In this document: positions 30,635 to 40,184 of the stretch, one piece after another
How positions within the stretch are numbered: the first letter of the stretch is position 1
How the letters are laid out: each line of letters begins with the position of its first letter
Assembly (NCBI GenBank): GCA_034406555.1
Contig: DASCRM010000008.1
Coordinates: forward strand, 1-62,042
DNA: 62,042 bases
Direction of reading: 5' to 3'
Source of the DNA: Dehalococcoidia bacterium
GTDB taxonomy: Bacteria; Chloroflexota; Dehalococcoidia; UBA2979
Program-made: the position numbers and the translations under genes
Notes under the pieces: model-generated
The model's input: the letters and a program-made list of their open reading frames with translations, nothing else
Told to the model about the DNA's origin: nothing
Databases searched by the model: none

Positions 30635-31782
30635 CAGGACGCTCCCAGCTTCTTGTACTCGGCGCGGACTTCCGCGCTCACCTCGGCGAGCGTGGGGACG
30701 ACGCCTCCGGGCCTCGCGTAGAGCAGCGGGTGCTCGCCGAGTGCCAGCCTCACATCCTCGGCCATCTGTCCGACGCTCAGCTCCACGACCATGATTGTGC
30801 TGCTCTTCGCCTCATCGACCAGGATCTGCTCGGGGAACGGGAACAGCGTCTGCGGCCTGATCAGGCCGACATCCAGCCCGTCCGCACGCAGCTCATCGAC
30901 GACGACGCGCACGATGCGGGCCATTGTCCCGATCGCGACCAGGTTCAGCTTCGCGCCTTCGGTGCGGTATCTCTCCGCCTGAGGCTCGACGACCTTGTAG
31001 CGCTCCCAGCGGTCCCACGCGGCAGTTTCGAGGTAGAGGAAGCGGCTGGCGCGTTCCTCCTCCGGGACGGCCTCTGACGAGGACGAGACGCCACCCTCGT
31101 CGCGGATCTCCGCGCGTTGCACGGGACGCTCGCGTGGCCCTCGCTCGCCCGTCAGCGCGCGCTCGCGCAGGCCGGGATTGATCCGCGGCGGCAACGCGAC
31201 GACCTCCGTGGATTTCGCGATGCTGTAGTCGGTGTAGACCGTGACCGGCCCGCGAATCTGCTCCGCGACATCGAAGGCGTGGTAGGTGAAGTCGACGAGT
31301 TCCTGCACGCCCTGAGGTGCGAAGACGATGTTGCGGAAGTCGCCGTTGGCGGGCGCCTTCACGGCCTGCCAGTAGTCGCCCTGTGACGGGCTACCGGTCG
31401 GGCCGGTGCCGGGACCGCCCCGTACCCAGTGCGAGATCACCAGCGGCACGCCGTCGCGGGCGGCGTACGAGACCATCTCGCCCATCAGCGCGATGCCGAC
31501 GCCGGTGGAGCCGACCATCACGTGCGCCCCGGCCTTGCTCGCGCCGTACGCGTACCAGCCGCCCTCCATCTCGCTCTCGCACGTGAGGCTGATGGCATCG
31601 TACTCGGGCGCTCGCTTCAGATACTCCTCGTTGACCTCGTTGATCGGGGTCATCGGATAGACGCTGAAGAGCTTGCAGCCGGCGCGCAGCACCGTCTCCG
31701 CCAGCGCTTCCTCTGCGCTCAGGAACGCGAACTCGGGCGCGTCCGCATCGCTCGTTGCCGCCGTCGCCGTCACATCAGGCAT
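30634..31782 (-). CDS. 2-oxoacid:ferredoxin oxidoreductase, alpha subunit
   Basis: Internal ATG 31782 (MPDVTATAAT...FSVYPMTPINEV). It overlaps the delta stop by 8 nt and the beta start by 1 nt. Confidence 0.8.
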   Translation of the reverse strand: MPDVTATAATSDADAPEFAFLSAEEALAETVLRAGCKLFSVYPMTPINEVNEEYLKRAPEYDAISLTCESEMEGGWYAYGASKAGAHVMVGSTGVGIALMGEMVSYAARDGVPLVISHWVRGGPGTGPTGSPSQGDYWQAVKAPANGDFRNIVFAPQGVQELVDFTYHAFDVAEQIRGPVTVYTDYSIAKSTEVVALPPRINPGLRERALTGERGPRERPVQRAEIRDEGGVSSSSEAVPEEERASRFLYLETAAWDRWERYKVVEPQAERYRTEGAKLNLVAIGTMARIVRVVVDELRADGLDVGLIRPQTLFPFPEQILVDEAKSSTIMVVELSVGQMAEDVRLALGEHPLLYARPGGVVPTLAEVSAEVRAEYKKLGAS

Positions 31783-32020
31783 TGATCGCCTCCAGCGCCT
31801 CTCGCGTCGCGCGGAACACCGTGATCGCGACATCCGGACAGATACGGGCGCACTGCATACAGCCGGTGCAGTTGTCCTGCACCATCTCCGGCAGCATGTA
31901 GCCGCGCTTGCTCATCGTCTTGCTCATCGCCAGCGTGTCCTCGGGGCAGTAGGGGACACAGAGCTCGCAGCCCTTGCAGCGCGAAGCATCGATCTGGATG
32001 TAGCCAACGGTTCGTGGCAT
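31775..32020 (-). CDS. 2-oxoacid:ferredoxin oxidoreductase, delta subunit (2x[4Fe-4S] ferredoxin)
   Basis: 81 aa from ATG 32020, with two CxxCxxCxxxCP motifs (CKGCELCVPYCP, CTGCMQCARICP). Confidence 0.85.
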   Translation of the reverse strand: MPRTVGYIQIDASRCKGCELCVPYCPEDTLAMSKTMSKRGYMLPEMVQDNCTGCMQCARICPDVAITVFRATREALEAINA

Positions 32021-32146
32021 GGCCGGGCTCCTCACGCTGCTGCGACGGCTGGATACTACCTCAGCAGGCGAGCTTCGTTGAGTTGCCCCACGTCAGAGAA
32101 GGCCTTGCCTGTGGATGTTGGCTGAGGTTGCCGCCGCGAGCGGGCC

Positions 32147-33415
32147 TCACATCAGGAGGTAAGGGCGCTCCAGTAGCTCCACGATGCGCGCGAGGAAGCG
32201 ACCAGCGGGCGCACCGTCCACGACGCGATGGTCAAAGGTCAGGCTCAGCGTCGACGCCTGCCCCCGCACGGCCTGCCCGCCATCGAACCGCACGACGTCC
32301 CGCACCCGACCGACGCCGAGGATCGCCGTCTGTGGCGTGTTCAGCACCGGCGTGAAGCCATCGACCGGCAACGTCGCCAGCGAGGTCACCGTGAAGGTGC
32401 CGCCGGAGACATCGTCGAGCGCCAGCTTGTCCTCGCCGACACGCTCACCCAGCGCCGCGACCGCGCTCGCGACGTCCTGCAGGCTGCTCGCATCGACCGC
32501 TCGCACGACCGGCACCATCAGGCCCGCTTCGAGGTCCGTGGCGAACCCGACGTTCACCTCAGCCTCGATCACGATCTCGTCGCCATCGAGTCGCGAGTTC
32601 AGCCTCGGGTGCTCGCGCAGTGCGAGCGCACACGCCTTCATCACCACGGAGGTGAGCGTGATCCCGATACGGGCGCTGCGCCACTCGCGGTTGAGGCCAT
32701 GCAGCATCGTCGAGGTGGCGTCAGCGTCGAAGTCGCTAAAGAGCGTGAGCTGCGCAGTGTCGCGCAGGCTCGCGTGCATACGCTCGCCGATCGTGCGACG
32801 GCGGCCGCTGTACGGCTCCACCGAACCGCCCGGGCCGCCCGAGGGCGCAGACGCGGGAGCTGCCGCGCCGCCGCCGCCATCGATGTGGGCGCGCACGTCG
32901 GACTCGGTAATGCGCCCCTTCGCGCCGGAGCCGGCGATCTCGGCGATCTCGACGCCGGCCTCGCGGGCCAGACGGCGCGCGATCGGCGTCGCGAGGACGC
33001 GTTCGCCGGGGGCACGCTTCGGTGCAGCTGCCGGGGTTGGCGCTGGCGTTGCCGGCGATGGCGTGGCCGCGGACGGCGTTGAGGGCGCTGCCGTCGGTGT
33101 ACCGTCGTCGTCACTGACGACCTGCTCGCTCCACTGCTGCGCGACCTCGTCGAGCATCGGTTGCGGCACATCGGACTCGCCATCGCCGAGCAGACAGCCG
33201 ACGACCGCGCCCGGCTTCAGCTTCGTACCGGGTGCGACCAGCTGCTTGAGTACGCCCGCCTCTTCCGACTCGACTTCGACCTCGACCTTCTCGGTCTCCA
33301 TGTCGAAGATCGGCTGCCCCGCCGCGACGGTCGCACCATCCTCGACGAGCCAGCGCACGAGGTCGCCGTCCTCCATCGTCATGCCGACCTTGGGGATGTG
33401 TACGGGCGTCGCCAT
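32147..33415 (-). CDS. dihydrolipoamide acyltransferase (E2) of a 2-oxoacid dehydrogenase complex
   Basis: 422 aa. Lipoyl domain (DMETEKVEVEVES), Ala/Pro linker, subunit-binding domain (LATPIARRLAREAGV) and catalytic domain (DHRVVDGA). Confidence 0.9.
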   Translation of the reverse strand: MATPVHIPKVGMTMEDGDLVRWLVEDGATVAAGQPIFDMETEKVEVEVESEEAGVLKQLVAPGTKLKPGAVVGCLLGDGESDVPQPMLDEVAQQWSEQVVSDDDGTPTAAPSTPSAATPSPATPAPTPAAAPKRAPGERVLATPIARRLAREAGVEIAEIAGSGAKGRITESDVRAHIDGGGGAAAPASAPSGGPGGSVEPYSGRRRTIGERMHASLRDTAQLTLFSDFDADATSTMLHGLNREWRSARIGITLTSVVMKACALALREHPRLNSRLDGDEIVIEAEVNVGFATDLEAGLMVPVVRAVDASSLQDVASAVAALGERVGEDKLALDDVSGGTFTVTSLATLPVDGFTPVLNTPQTAILGVGRVRDVVRFDGGQAVRGQASTLSLTFDHRVVDGAPAGRFLARIVELLERPYLLM

Positions 33416-33418
33416 TAC

Positions 33419-34423
33419 TTACCCGCGCACCAGCCCGCGCGTCGCCTCAACGATCTGGTCGGCGTTCACGATCCACTCCTGCTCCAGCACCGGGCTGTAG
33501 GGCACCGGGCTGAAGGGGCCGCCGAGTCGAAGCGGCGGCGCGTCGAGGTGGTCGAACGCCTCCGCCGCAATCTGCGCGTTGATCTCAGCGCCGATGCCGC
33601 CGAACTCCACCGCCTCATGCACCGTCAGCACGCGATGCGTCTTGCGCACCGATCCGAGAATCGTCTCGGAGTCGAGCGGCTGCAGGCTGCGCGGGTCCAC
33701 GATTTCGACGTCGATGCCCTCGCCGGCGAGCGTCTCTGCGGCTGCGAGCGCCTCGTGCACCATGTACGCGGTGGCAACGATCGTCGCGTCCGCACCCTCG
33801 CGCACGATAGCGGCGTTGCCCAGTGGCACCTCGTAGGACTCCTCCGGCACCGGGCCGCGAATTCGCGAGCAGCGCTTGTGCATGATCATGAACACCGGGT
33901 TGTCCTCGTGCATCGACGCGGTCATCAGGCCCTTCGCGTCGTACGCGTTGCTCGGCATCACCACCTTCAGGCCCGGGATGTGGCACAGCAGCGCCTCTAG
34001 GCTCTGCGAGTGCTGGGCAGCCATGCCCGTGCCCGCGCCGGCGTTCACCAGCACCGTCAGCGGCAGCGTCGCCTTGCCGCCGAACATGTACTTCATCTTC
34101 GCCATCTGGTTGATGATCTGGTCGAAGCAGACGCCGATGAAGTCGATGAACATCAGACTGATCACCGGCCGCAGACCCTGCGAGGCGGCACCGATTGCCA
34201 GCCCCGTGATCGCGTTCTCCGAGATCGGCGTGTCCATGATCCGCTTCGGCCCGAACTCCGTCAGCACGCCCTGCGTGATGCCGAAGACATCGCCCTGTTT
34301 CGCGAGGTCGATGCCGGCGACGAACACCGAATCATCGGCCGCCATCTCCTGGCGGATCGCCTCGTTGATCGCCTCGCGGTAGCTGATTTCTCGGTCGGTG
34401 GCCACGGGTGTAGCTGTTGTCAT
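33419..34423 (-). CDS. 2-oxoacid dehydrogenase E1 component, beta subunit
   Basis: Internal ATG 34423 (MTTATPVATDREISYREAINEAIRQEM...DTPISENAITG). 334 aa. Confidence 0.9.
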   Translation of the reverse strand: MTTATPVATDREISYREAINEAIRQEMAADDSVFVAGIDLAKQGDVFGITQGVLTEFGPKRIMDTPISENAITGLAIGAASQGLRPVISLMFIDFIGVCFDQIINQMAKMKYMFGGKATLPLTVLVNAGAGTGMAAQHSQSLEALLCHIPGLKVVMPSNAYDAKGLMTASMHEDNPVFMIMHKRCSRIRGPVPEESYEVPLGNAAIVREGADATIVATAYMVHEALAAAETLAGEGIDVEIVDPRSLQPLDSETILGSVRKTHRVLTVHEAVEFGGIGAEINAQIAAEAFDHLDAPPLRLGGPFSPVPYSPVLEQEWIVNADQIVEATRGLVRG

Positions 34424-34460
34424 TGTGAGTTCTCCTCGAATCGTCGTTCTGGCGGCCGGT

Positions 34461-35426
34461 CTAGGTGTACACGTCCGTGAGCAGGTCCGATGGCTCCGGG
34501 AAGGGCGCGGCCTCCGCGAACGCGATTGCCTCTTCGATCTCGCGCTGCACTTCCTCGGTGATGCGATCCGCAGACTCACCGGAGAGGATCGCCCGCTGCT
34601 CCAGCACATCGCGCATGATCGTCAACGGGTCGCGCTTGCGCCACGCCGCCCGCTCCTCTTCGGGCCGTGGGTCGCCCTCGCTGCGCCCGGTGTGGTTGTA
34701 GAAGCGGTAGGTGTCGCACTCGAGGATGCTCGGGCCGCCACCGGAGCGTGCGCGCTCGATTGCCTCGCCTGCCGCCTCATGCACGGCGAGCACGTCCTGA
34801 CCATCGACGGTCACGCCGGGAATCCCGTACGCGGCGGCGCGGTCGGAGAGTTGGCTGATCGCGCCCTGACCCTCCTGCGGCGTGAACTCGCCCCAGTGGT
34901 TGTTCTCGATCACGAACAGCACCGGCAGGTCGAAGAGGGCGGCATAGTTCAACGACTCGTGCCAGGTGCCCTCGTTCGTTGAGCCGTCGCCGGAGAAGCA
35001 TACCGAGACGCCGTCCGTCCCCTTGTACCGAGCCGCGAACGCGGCACCGACGGCGATCGGCGGACCGCCGCCCACGATGCCGTTCGCACCGAGGATGCCG
35101 AGGTCGAGGTCAGCGATGTGCATCGACCCGCCCTTGCCGTGGCAGTAGCCCGTCGCTCGACCCAGCAGCTCGGCGAGCATCAACTTCACGTCGCCGCCCT
35201 TGGCGATGCAGTGCCCGTGGCCGCGGTGCGTGCTCGCGATCGTGTCGCTCGCTGCGAGGTGAGAGCAGATGCCGACGGCGACTGCCTCTTCCCCCGCGTA
35301 GAGATGGACCGCGCCCGGGATCTTCGCCTGCTCGGCCATGCGGCCGGCGGCCTCCTCGAACTCGCGAATCGTCACCATCGTCCGGAACATGTAGAGCAGT
35401 TGCTCTGTATCGACTTCAGCCGTCAT
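34461..35426 (-). CDS. 2-oxoacid dehydrogenase E1 component, alpha subunit (TPP-dependent)
   Basis: 321 aa with TPP motif region FSGDGSTNEG and HRGHGH. Confidence 0.9.
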   Translation of the reverse strand: MTAEVDTEQLLYMFRTMVTIREFEEAAGRMAEQAKIPGAVHLYAGEEAVAVGICSHLAASDTIASTHRGHGHCIAKGGDVKLMLAELLGRATGYCHGKGGSMHIADLDLGILGANGIVGGGPPIAVGAAFAARYKGTDGVSVCFSGDGSTNEGTWHESLNYAALFDLPVLFVIENNHWGEFTPQEGQGAISQLSDRAAAYGIPGVTVDGQDVLAVHEAAGEAIERARSGGGPSILECDTYRFYNHTGRSEGDPRPEEERAAWRKRDPLTIMRDVLEQRAILSGESADRITEEVQREIEEAIAFAEAAPFPEPSDLLTDVYT

Positions 35427-35457
35427 GCCGGCCTCCTATCGGGCGTGCGCCCGCATA

Positions 35458-36873
35458 CTACGCTCCCGCAGTCGCCGAGCGCGGGGCGTAGAAGTGGATC
35501 GCCTCGCCTTCGAGCGCTTGCGCAGCCTCTTTGATTGCCTCGGACAGCGTCGGGTGCGGATGCACCGTCGCCGCCAGCTCTGCGGATGTCGTCTCCAGCA
35601 CACGGGCCAGACTCGCCTGCGCGATCAGCTCTGTCGCGTCGTGCCCGACGATCTGCGCGCCCAGCAGCTCCTGAGTCTGCGCATCGATCACCAGCTTCAC
35701 GAACCCCTCGCCGCCATCGGCGGCGAGGGCGCGGCCGCTCGCGCTGAATGGGAATCGACCGATGCGCACCTCGTGCCCCCGCTCGCGCGCCACCGCGGCC
35801 GTCAGGCCCAGGCTCGCCACCTGCGGCTGGCAGTAGGCCGCGCGCGGCATCCAGGCGTAGTCGAGCGGCGCGGGGTCGAGGCCCGCGATCGTCTCGATCG
35901 CGACGGCAGCCTGCGCCGAGGCAACATGCGCGAGCGCCAGCTCGCCCGTGAGGTCGCCTATCGCCCACAACCCCTCGATGTTGGTGCGGCACTGGCCGTC
36001 CACCTGTACAAAGCCGCGTTCGAGCGCGACACCGAGCGCTTCGAGGCCCAGCGCATCGCTGTTCGGGACCACGCCGGCAGCCACCAGCACGCCGCCCGCC
36101 GCCAGCTCCTCGCCGGACTGCAGCGTGACGACTGCGCCGTCGCCAGCGGCGGCGACCGTCGAGACCGGCGTCGATGTTCGCACCTCGATGCCGCGACGTC
36201 CGAACGAGCGTTTGAGTGCGGCGGCGGCCTCTTCGTCCTCGCCGGGCAGGAGCTGCGGCATCGCCTCGACCACGGTCACTTGCGCGCCGTACGAATTCCA
36301 GAGGTAGGCAAACTCCACGCCCACCGCCCCGCCGCCAACGATCACGGCCGGGTCGGGCGGTGCCCGCAGCTCTAGTGCCTCGCGGCTCGTGAAGACGCGC
36401 TCACCGTCCAGCGTGACGCCCGGGAACGCGGCGGCGCGCGCGCCGGTCGCCAGTACGACGTCCGCGGCTTCGACTACTTGCCCGTCGGGCTCGAGTCGCA
36501 GGGTCGTCGTCGATTCGAGCTGTGCCGTGCCGGTCAGCAGCTCGACGCCGTTCTGCCGAAGCAGGATGCCGATCCCGTCGCGCAGCTTCGCCACCACCTC
36601 ACGACTCGCGTCGACGGCACCTCCGAGGTCGAGGCGCAGGCCATCGAAGGTGATGCCCAGCCGCTCCCCGTCATTGCGCACCGCCGCGACGATCTCCCCG
36701 GCATGCAGCAGCGTCTTGCTCGGGATGCAACCGTGGTTGAGACAGACGCCGCCCAGCTCTTCGCGCTCGATCAGGGCAACGCGTAGCCCGAGCTGTGCGG
36801 CTCGGATCGCCGCCACATAGCCGCCCGGCCCCGCTCCGACGACGGCGACGTCGTAGTTGCTCGCCTCAGCCAT
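35458..36873 (-). CDS. lpdA: dihydrolipoyl dehydrogenase (E3)
   Basis: 471 aa. GAGPGGY FAD motif, redox-active disulfide GGVCLNHGCIPSK and C-terminal HPHPTLSE. Confidence 0.9.
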   Translation of the reverse strand: MAEASNYDVAVVGAGPGGYVAAIRAAQLGLRVALIEREELGGVCLNHGCIPSKTLLHAGEIVAAVRNDGERLGITFDGLRLDLGGAVDASREVVAKLRDGIGILLRQNGVELLTGTAQLESTTTLRLEPDGQVVEAADVVLATGARAAAFPGVTLDGERVFTSREALELRAPPDPAVIVGGGAVGVEFAYLWNSYGAQVTVVEAMPQLLPGEDEEAAAALKRSFGRRGIEVRTSTPVSTVAAAGDGAVVTLQSGEELAAGGVLVAAGVVPNSDALGLEALGVALERGFVQVDGQCRTNIEGLWAIGDLTGELALAHVASAQAAVAIETIAGLDPAPLDYAWMPRAAYCQPQVASLGLTAAVARERGHEVRIGRFPFSASGRALAADGGEGFVKLVIDAQTQELLGAQIVGHDATELIAQASLARVLETTSAELAATVHPHPTLSEAIKEAAQALEGEAIHFYAPRSATAGA

Positions 36874-37753
36874 CGGATCGCCGCGCTGCCGCCGCGTCGG
36901 CCTGCTCCGCGGCGTGGTACGAGGAGCGCACGAGCGGCCCCGCTTCGACGAGCATCAGGCCAAGCTCGCGACCTGCCGCCGCCAACGCATCGAACTCGGA
37001 GGGCTCGTAGTAGCGGGCGACGGGCAGGTGCTTCGCCGTCGGCCGCAGGTACTGCCCGATCGTCACCAACTCGCATCCCGCGTCGTACAGGTCAGACATC
37101 GCCTCGACCAGCTCCTCGAATGTCTCGCCGAGCCCGACCATCAGCCCCGACTTCGTCGCTGTCGAGGGTCCAAGTGCCCTGACGTGGCTGATCAGTTCGA
37201 GCGAGCGCTCGTAGCGCGCGTTCGGCCGCACCCGGGGGTAGAGCCGCGGCACTGTCTCGATGTTGTGGTTGAGCACCGCCGGCCCGGCCTCGATCACCGT
37301 CGCCAGCGCGTCCCAGTTCCCCTCGAAGTCGGGGATCAGCACCTCCACCCCGCAGTCCGGTCGACGTTCACGGATCGCGCGGATGCACGCGGCAAACATC
37401 CCCGCCCCGCCGTCAGCGAGGTCGTCGCGGTCCACCGAGGTGATCACGGCGTAGTTGAGTTCTAGCGCGGCGATCGCCTCCGCCAGCCGCGCCGCTTCGC
37501 CGAGATCGAGGCCTGTTGGGCGGCCAGAGGTCACCGCGCAGAAGCCGCATGCGCGCGTGCAGATGTCGCCGAGGATCATGAAGGTCGCCGTACCGGCGCC
37601 GAAGCACTCGCTGATGTTCGGGCAGGCGGCCTCTTCGCAGACGCTGCTCAGGTCGTGCGCGCGCAGCAGCTCGATCACCCCTCGATAGCGATCACTCGCA
37701 CGGAAGCGAGTGCGGATCCACGGTGGGCGCGGCGCAACTGTCTCAGCCGGCAC
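36866..37753 (-). CDS. lipA: lipoyl synthase
   Basis: 295 aa. Auxiliary cluster CEEAACPNISEC and radical-SAM CTRACGFC. Overlaps lpdA by 8 nt. Confidence 0.9.
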   Translation of the reverse strand: MPAETVAPRPPWIRTRFRASDRYRGVIELLRAHDLSSVCEEAACPNISECFGAGTATFMILGDICTRACGFCAVTSGRPTGLDLGEAARLAEAIAALELNYAVITSVDRDDLADGGAGMFAACIRAIRERRPDCGVEVLIPDFEGNWDALATVIEAGPAVLNHNIETVPRLYPRVRPNARYERSLELISHVRALGPSTATKSGLMVGLGETFEELVEAMSDLYDAGCELVTIGQYLRPTAKHLPVARYYEPSEFDALAAAGRELGLMLVEAGPLVRSSYHAAEQADAAAARRSDG

Positions 37754-38426
37754 AGCGCAGCTCCTGCTCGCAGCGGTCGAGGCGAAGCGTCAATCCGAGC
37801 TCCGCGCGCAGCCGATCGACGATCGATGACTCGACCGTCGCCATCATCGGGGCAACGCCGAGCAGGCTCTCCATCGACGCGACGCTCGCATCGGCAATCC
37901 CACACGCGACGATCGAGTCGAACCACGACAGATCCGTGCTCACATTCAGCGCCATGCCGTGCGTCGAGACGCCGCCCTTCACCCGAACACCGACGGCGGC
38001 GACCTTCGCGTCGCCGCACCAGACGCCCGGCCGTCCCTCGATGCGGTCGCCGCGCAGCCCGCAGTCGCGCAGCGCGTCGATCGCGACCGCTTCGAGCGCC
38101 CGCACGTAGTCAACGGCCGCGATCCCGCGCGCCCGCAAGTCGAGGATCGGGTAGACTACGAGTTGTCCTGGCCCGTGGAAGGTGACATCCCCGCCGCGAT
38201 CACTTTCGACGATCTCCGCGCCCTGCGCCGCCAGCTCCTCGGCGCTGCGCAGTACGTGCTGCAGGCCGCCGCGGCGGCCCAGCGTGTAGACAGGCGGATG
38301 CTGGAGCAGCGCGACAGTTTCGTCGCCACCGCTGCATACCAGCGCGTGGGTATTGCGCTGCCAGCGCAATACCGCGGAGTAGTCGACGGGACCGGGTTGC
38401 AGGAGCCGGACCGTCGCTGCCATCAC
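37743..38426 (-). CDS. lipB: lipoyl(octanoyl) transferase
   Basis: 227 aa with RGGDVTFHGPGQLVVYPI and VACGI motifs. Overlaps lipA by 11 nt. Confidence 0.85.
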   Translation of the reverse strand: MMAATVRLLQPGPVDYSAVLRWQRNTHALVCSGGDETVALLQHPPVYTLGRRGGLQHVLRSAEELAAQGAEIVESDRGGDVTFHGPGQLVVYPILDLRARGIAAVDYVRALEAVAIDALRDCGLRGDRIEGRPGVWCGDAKVAAVGVRVKGGVSTHGMALNVSTDLSWFDSIVACGIADASVASMESLLGVAPMMATVESSIVDRLRAELGLTLRLDRCEQELRCAG

Positions 38427-38455
38427 CCCCCACCCCTCAGTCTCCGCGCGTAATC

Positions 38456-38947
38456 CTACTGCCGGGACTTCAGTTCGGCGTCTGCCGTGGGCCGAAACTG
38501 AGGCAGCGTGATCTCGTCGCTCATGTCCTCGAATATCACTTCCACCGGCATCCCGCAGTAGATGTCACTCAGCTCGCACTCACGCATGTTCGTTGTGATC
38601 CGAACCGTGTCGCTCTGCGCCTCGGCCGGCGTGACCTGCAGCACCGCGTACGGTTCGTCGAAACTCGGCGTCATCAGGCGACGGTCGATCACAAACGTGT
38701 AGACAGTCCCCAGCCCGCTGAGCTGCGGCCAGTCGAAGTCGCTGGCGCCGCACTGCGCGCACTGTTCCTGCGGCGGGTGCTGGTAGTCCGAGCACGCGCG
38801 GCACCGCTGGATGCGAAGCTCATGCTTGCGGGCGGCGTCCCAGTACGGCCTGCTGATATCGTCCGGCAGCGGGACGGGCCTGACACCCATCTCCTTCAGC
38901 TGTTCCTGGCCCTCGCGCGTCTGAACGTTGGGAGTCTCGGACGTCAT
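38456..38947 (-). CDS. Zn-ribbon/OB-fold protein (DUF35 family)
   Basis: 163 aa with a four-Cys ribbon (CRACSDYQHPPQEQCAQCG) followed by an OB-like segment (GTVYTFVIDRR). Sits directly downstream of the thiolase-like gene. Confidence 0.75.
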   Translation of the reverse strand: MTSETPNVQTREGQEQLKEMGVRPVPLPDDISRPYWDAARKHELRIQRCRACSDYQHPPQEQCAQCGASDFDWPQLSGLGTVYTFVIDRRLMTPSFDEPYAVLQVTPAEAQSDTVRITTNMRECELSDIYCGMPVEVIFEDMSDEITLPQFRPTADAELKSRQ

Positions 38948-38971
38948 GTGGGTCTCCTCGCTGGGTGCGCG

Positions 38972-40111
38972 CTACTTGACGGAAAGAATTCCGGCCGCCC
39001 CGGTGTAGGGGAAGACGGAGGAGATGATCGAGGTATTGTGGTTCTTCGCCTGTCGCACGCCCGCTGTCCCGCGTAGCTGCTGTGTCGCCTCCAGCAGGTG
39101 CCCCATCCCATGCAACCGGCCCTCCGAGAGCTGCCCCCCGTGGGAGTTCACCGGATGCTCCGCGCCAATGCGGATGTTGTCGCCGCCCTTGATGTAGTCG
39201 CCTGCTTCCCCACGCCCGACGAGGCCGAGGTTCTCCATCCACATCGAGGCGAAGAAGCTGAAGCCGTCGTACGGGAACCAGACGTCCATCTCCTTCGGGC
39301 CGAGGCCCGCGTCGCGATAGAGCTCCTCTGCCAGCGGCGTGATCCCCTCCAGCGGTTCCGCCACCATGTGATCCAACGTGCGAACCTGCGACGCTGCCCA
39401 CGCCTTCAGGTAGACTGGCGGGTGCTTCAGGCCCTTCGCGATGCTGTCGCGGGTCATCAGGATCGCGAACGCGCCGTTCACCGGCATGTCGCAGTCGAAC
39501 AGTCGCACTGGCTCGGCGATGTAGCGCGCGGCCATGTAGTCGTCGATCGTCATCGGCGTCTTCATCACAGCCCATGGGTTGAGCAGCGCGTGCTCGCGCT
39601 CAACGACCGGCAACCAGCCCATGTCCTCCTCGGTGTAGCCGTAGCGGTGCATGTAGGCGCGTGCGTTGAGACCCACCCGTTGCATGCTGTAGCCGAGGCC
39701 GTAGGGCACCTCGAACTGCGTGGGGCCGGCGACGCCGCCTGAGCCGGGGTCGATCTGCGGCGTCGTGACCGGGGCGATCGTGTTCATGATCTTGACGATC
39801 AAGACCTGGTCGCACTCGCCCGCCTCGATCGCCAGCGCGGCGATCCCGCACGGCTCGATGCCCATCCCGCCCTCGCGCTGCCAGCGTACGTCCTTCATCC
39901 CCAGCCCGCTTACGATGTCCGCCGTGTCGGGCGCGGGGTAGTGGTGCACCTGTGGGTTGATACCATCGACGTCGGCGGGGTCGACGCCGGCGTCCTCGCA
40001 CGCCATCCGGCAGGCCTCGATCGCCAGCTCTGTCTCGGGGCGCTCAAGCTTGCGTGTCGCGTTCGTGTAGCCGCAGCCGACGAACGCTATCTTTTCCCGG
40101 GTCTTCGCCAT
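38972..40111 (-). CDS. thiolase-like protein (SCP-x / lipid-transfer-protein type)
   Basis: Internal ATG 40111 (MAKTREKIAFVGCGYTNATRK). 379 aa with thiolase-fold organisation. Pairing with a DUF35 gene is typical of this subgroup. Confidence 0.75.
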   Translation of the reverse strand: MAKTREKIAFVGCGYTNATRKLERPETELAIEACRMACEDAGVDPADVDGINPQVHHYPAPDTADIVSGLGMKDVRWQREGGMGIEPCGIAALAIEAGECDQVLIVKIMNTIAPVTTPQIDPGSGGVAGPTQFEVPYGLGYSMQRVGLNARAYMHRYGYTEEDMGWLPVVEREHALLNPWAVMKTPMTIDDYMAARYIAEPVRLFDCDMPVNGAFAILMTRDSIAKGLKHPPVYLKAWAASQVRTLDHMVAEPLEGITPLAEELYRDAGLGPKEMDVWFPYDGFSFFASMWMENLGLVGRGEAGDYIKGGDNIRIGAEHPVNSHGGQLSEGRLHGMGHLLEATQQLRGTAGVRQAKNHNTSIISSVFPYTGAAGILSVK

Positions 40112-40184
40112 CGACGCCAGTCCTTCTCTCGCTATCTGCCCCGACGTACTTCCCCGACGCACTCTACGCCCCTGCCACGAGTCG

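Noticed and set aside
32021-32146. Internal promoter (TAGTAT -10-like hexamer) and terminator between E2 and the OFOR delta gene.
   Set aside because: No acceptable -35 lies at 16-18 nt, and there is no stable hairpin with a U-tract. Sequence alone cannot decide whether transcription reads through.
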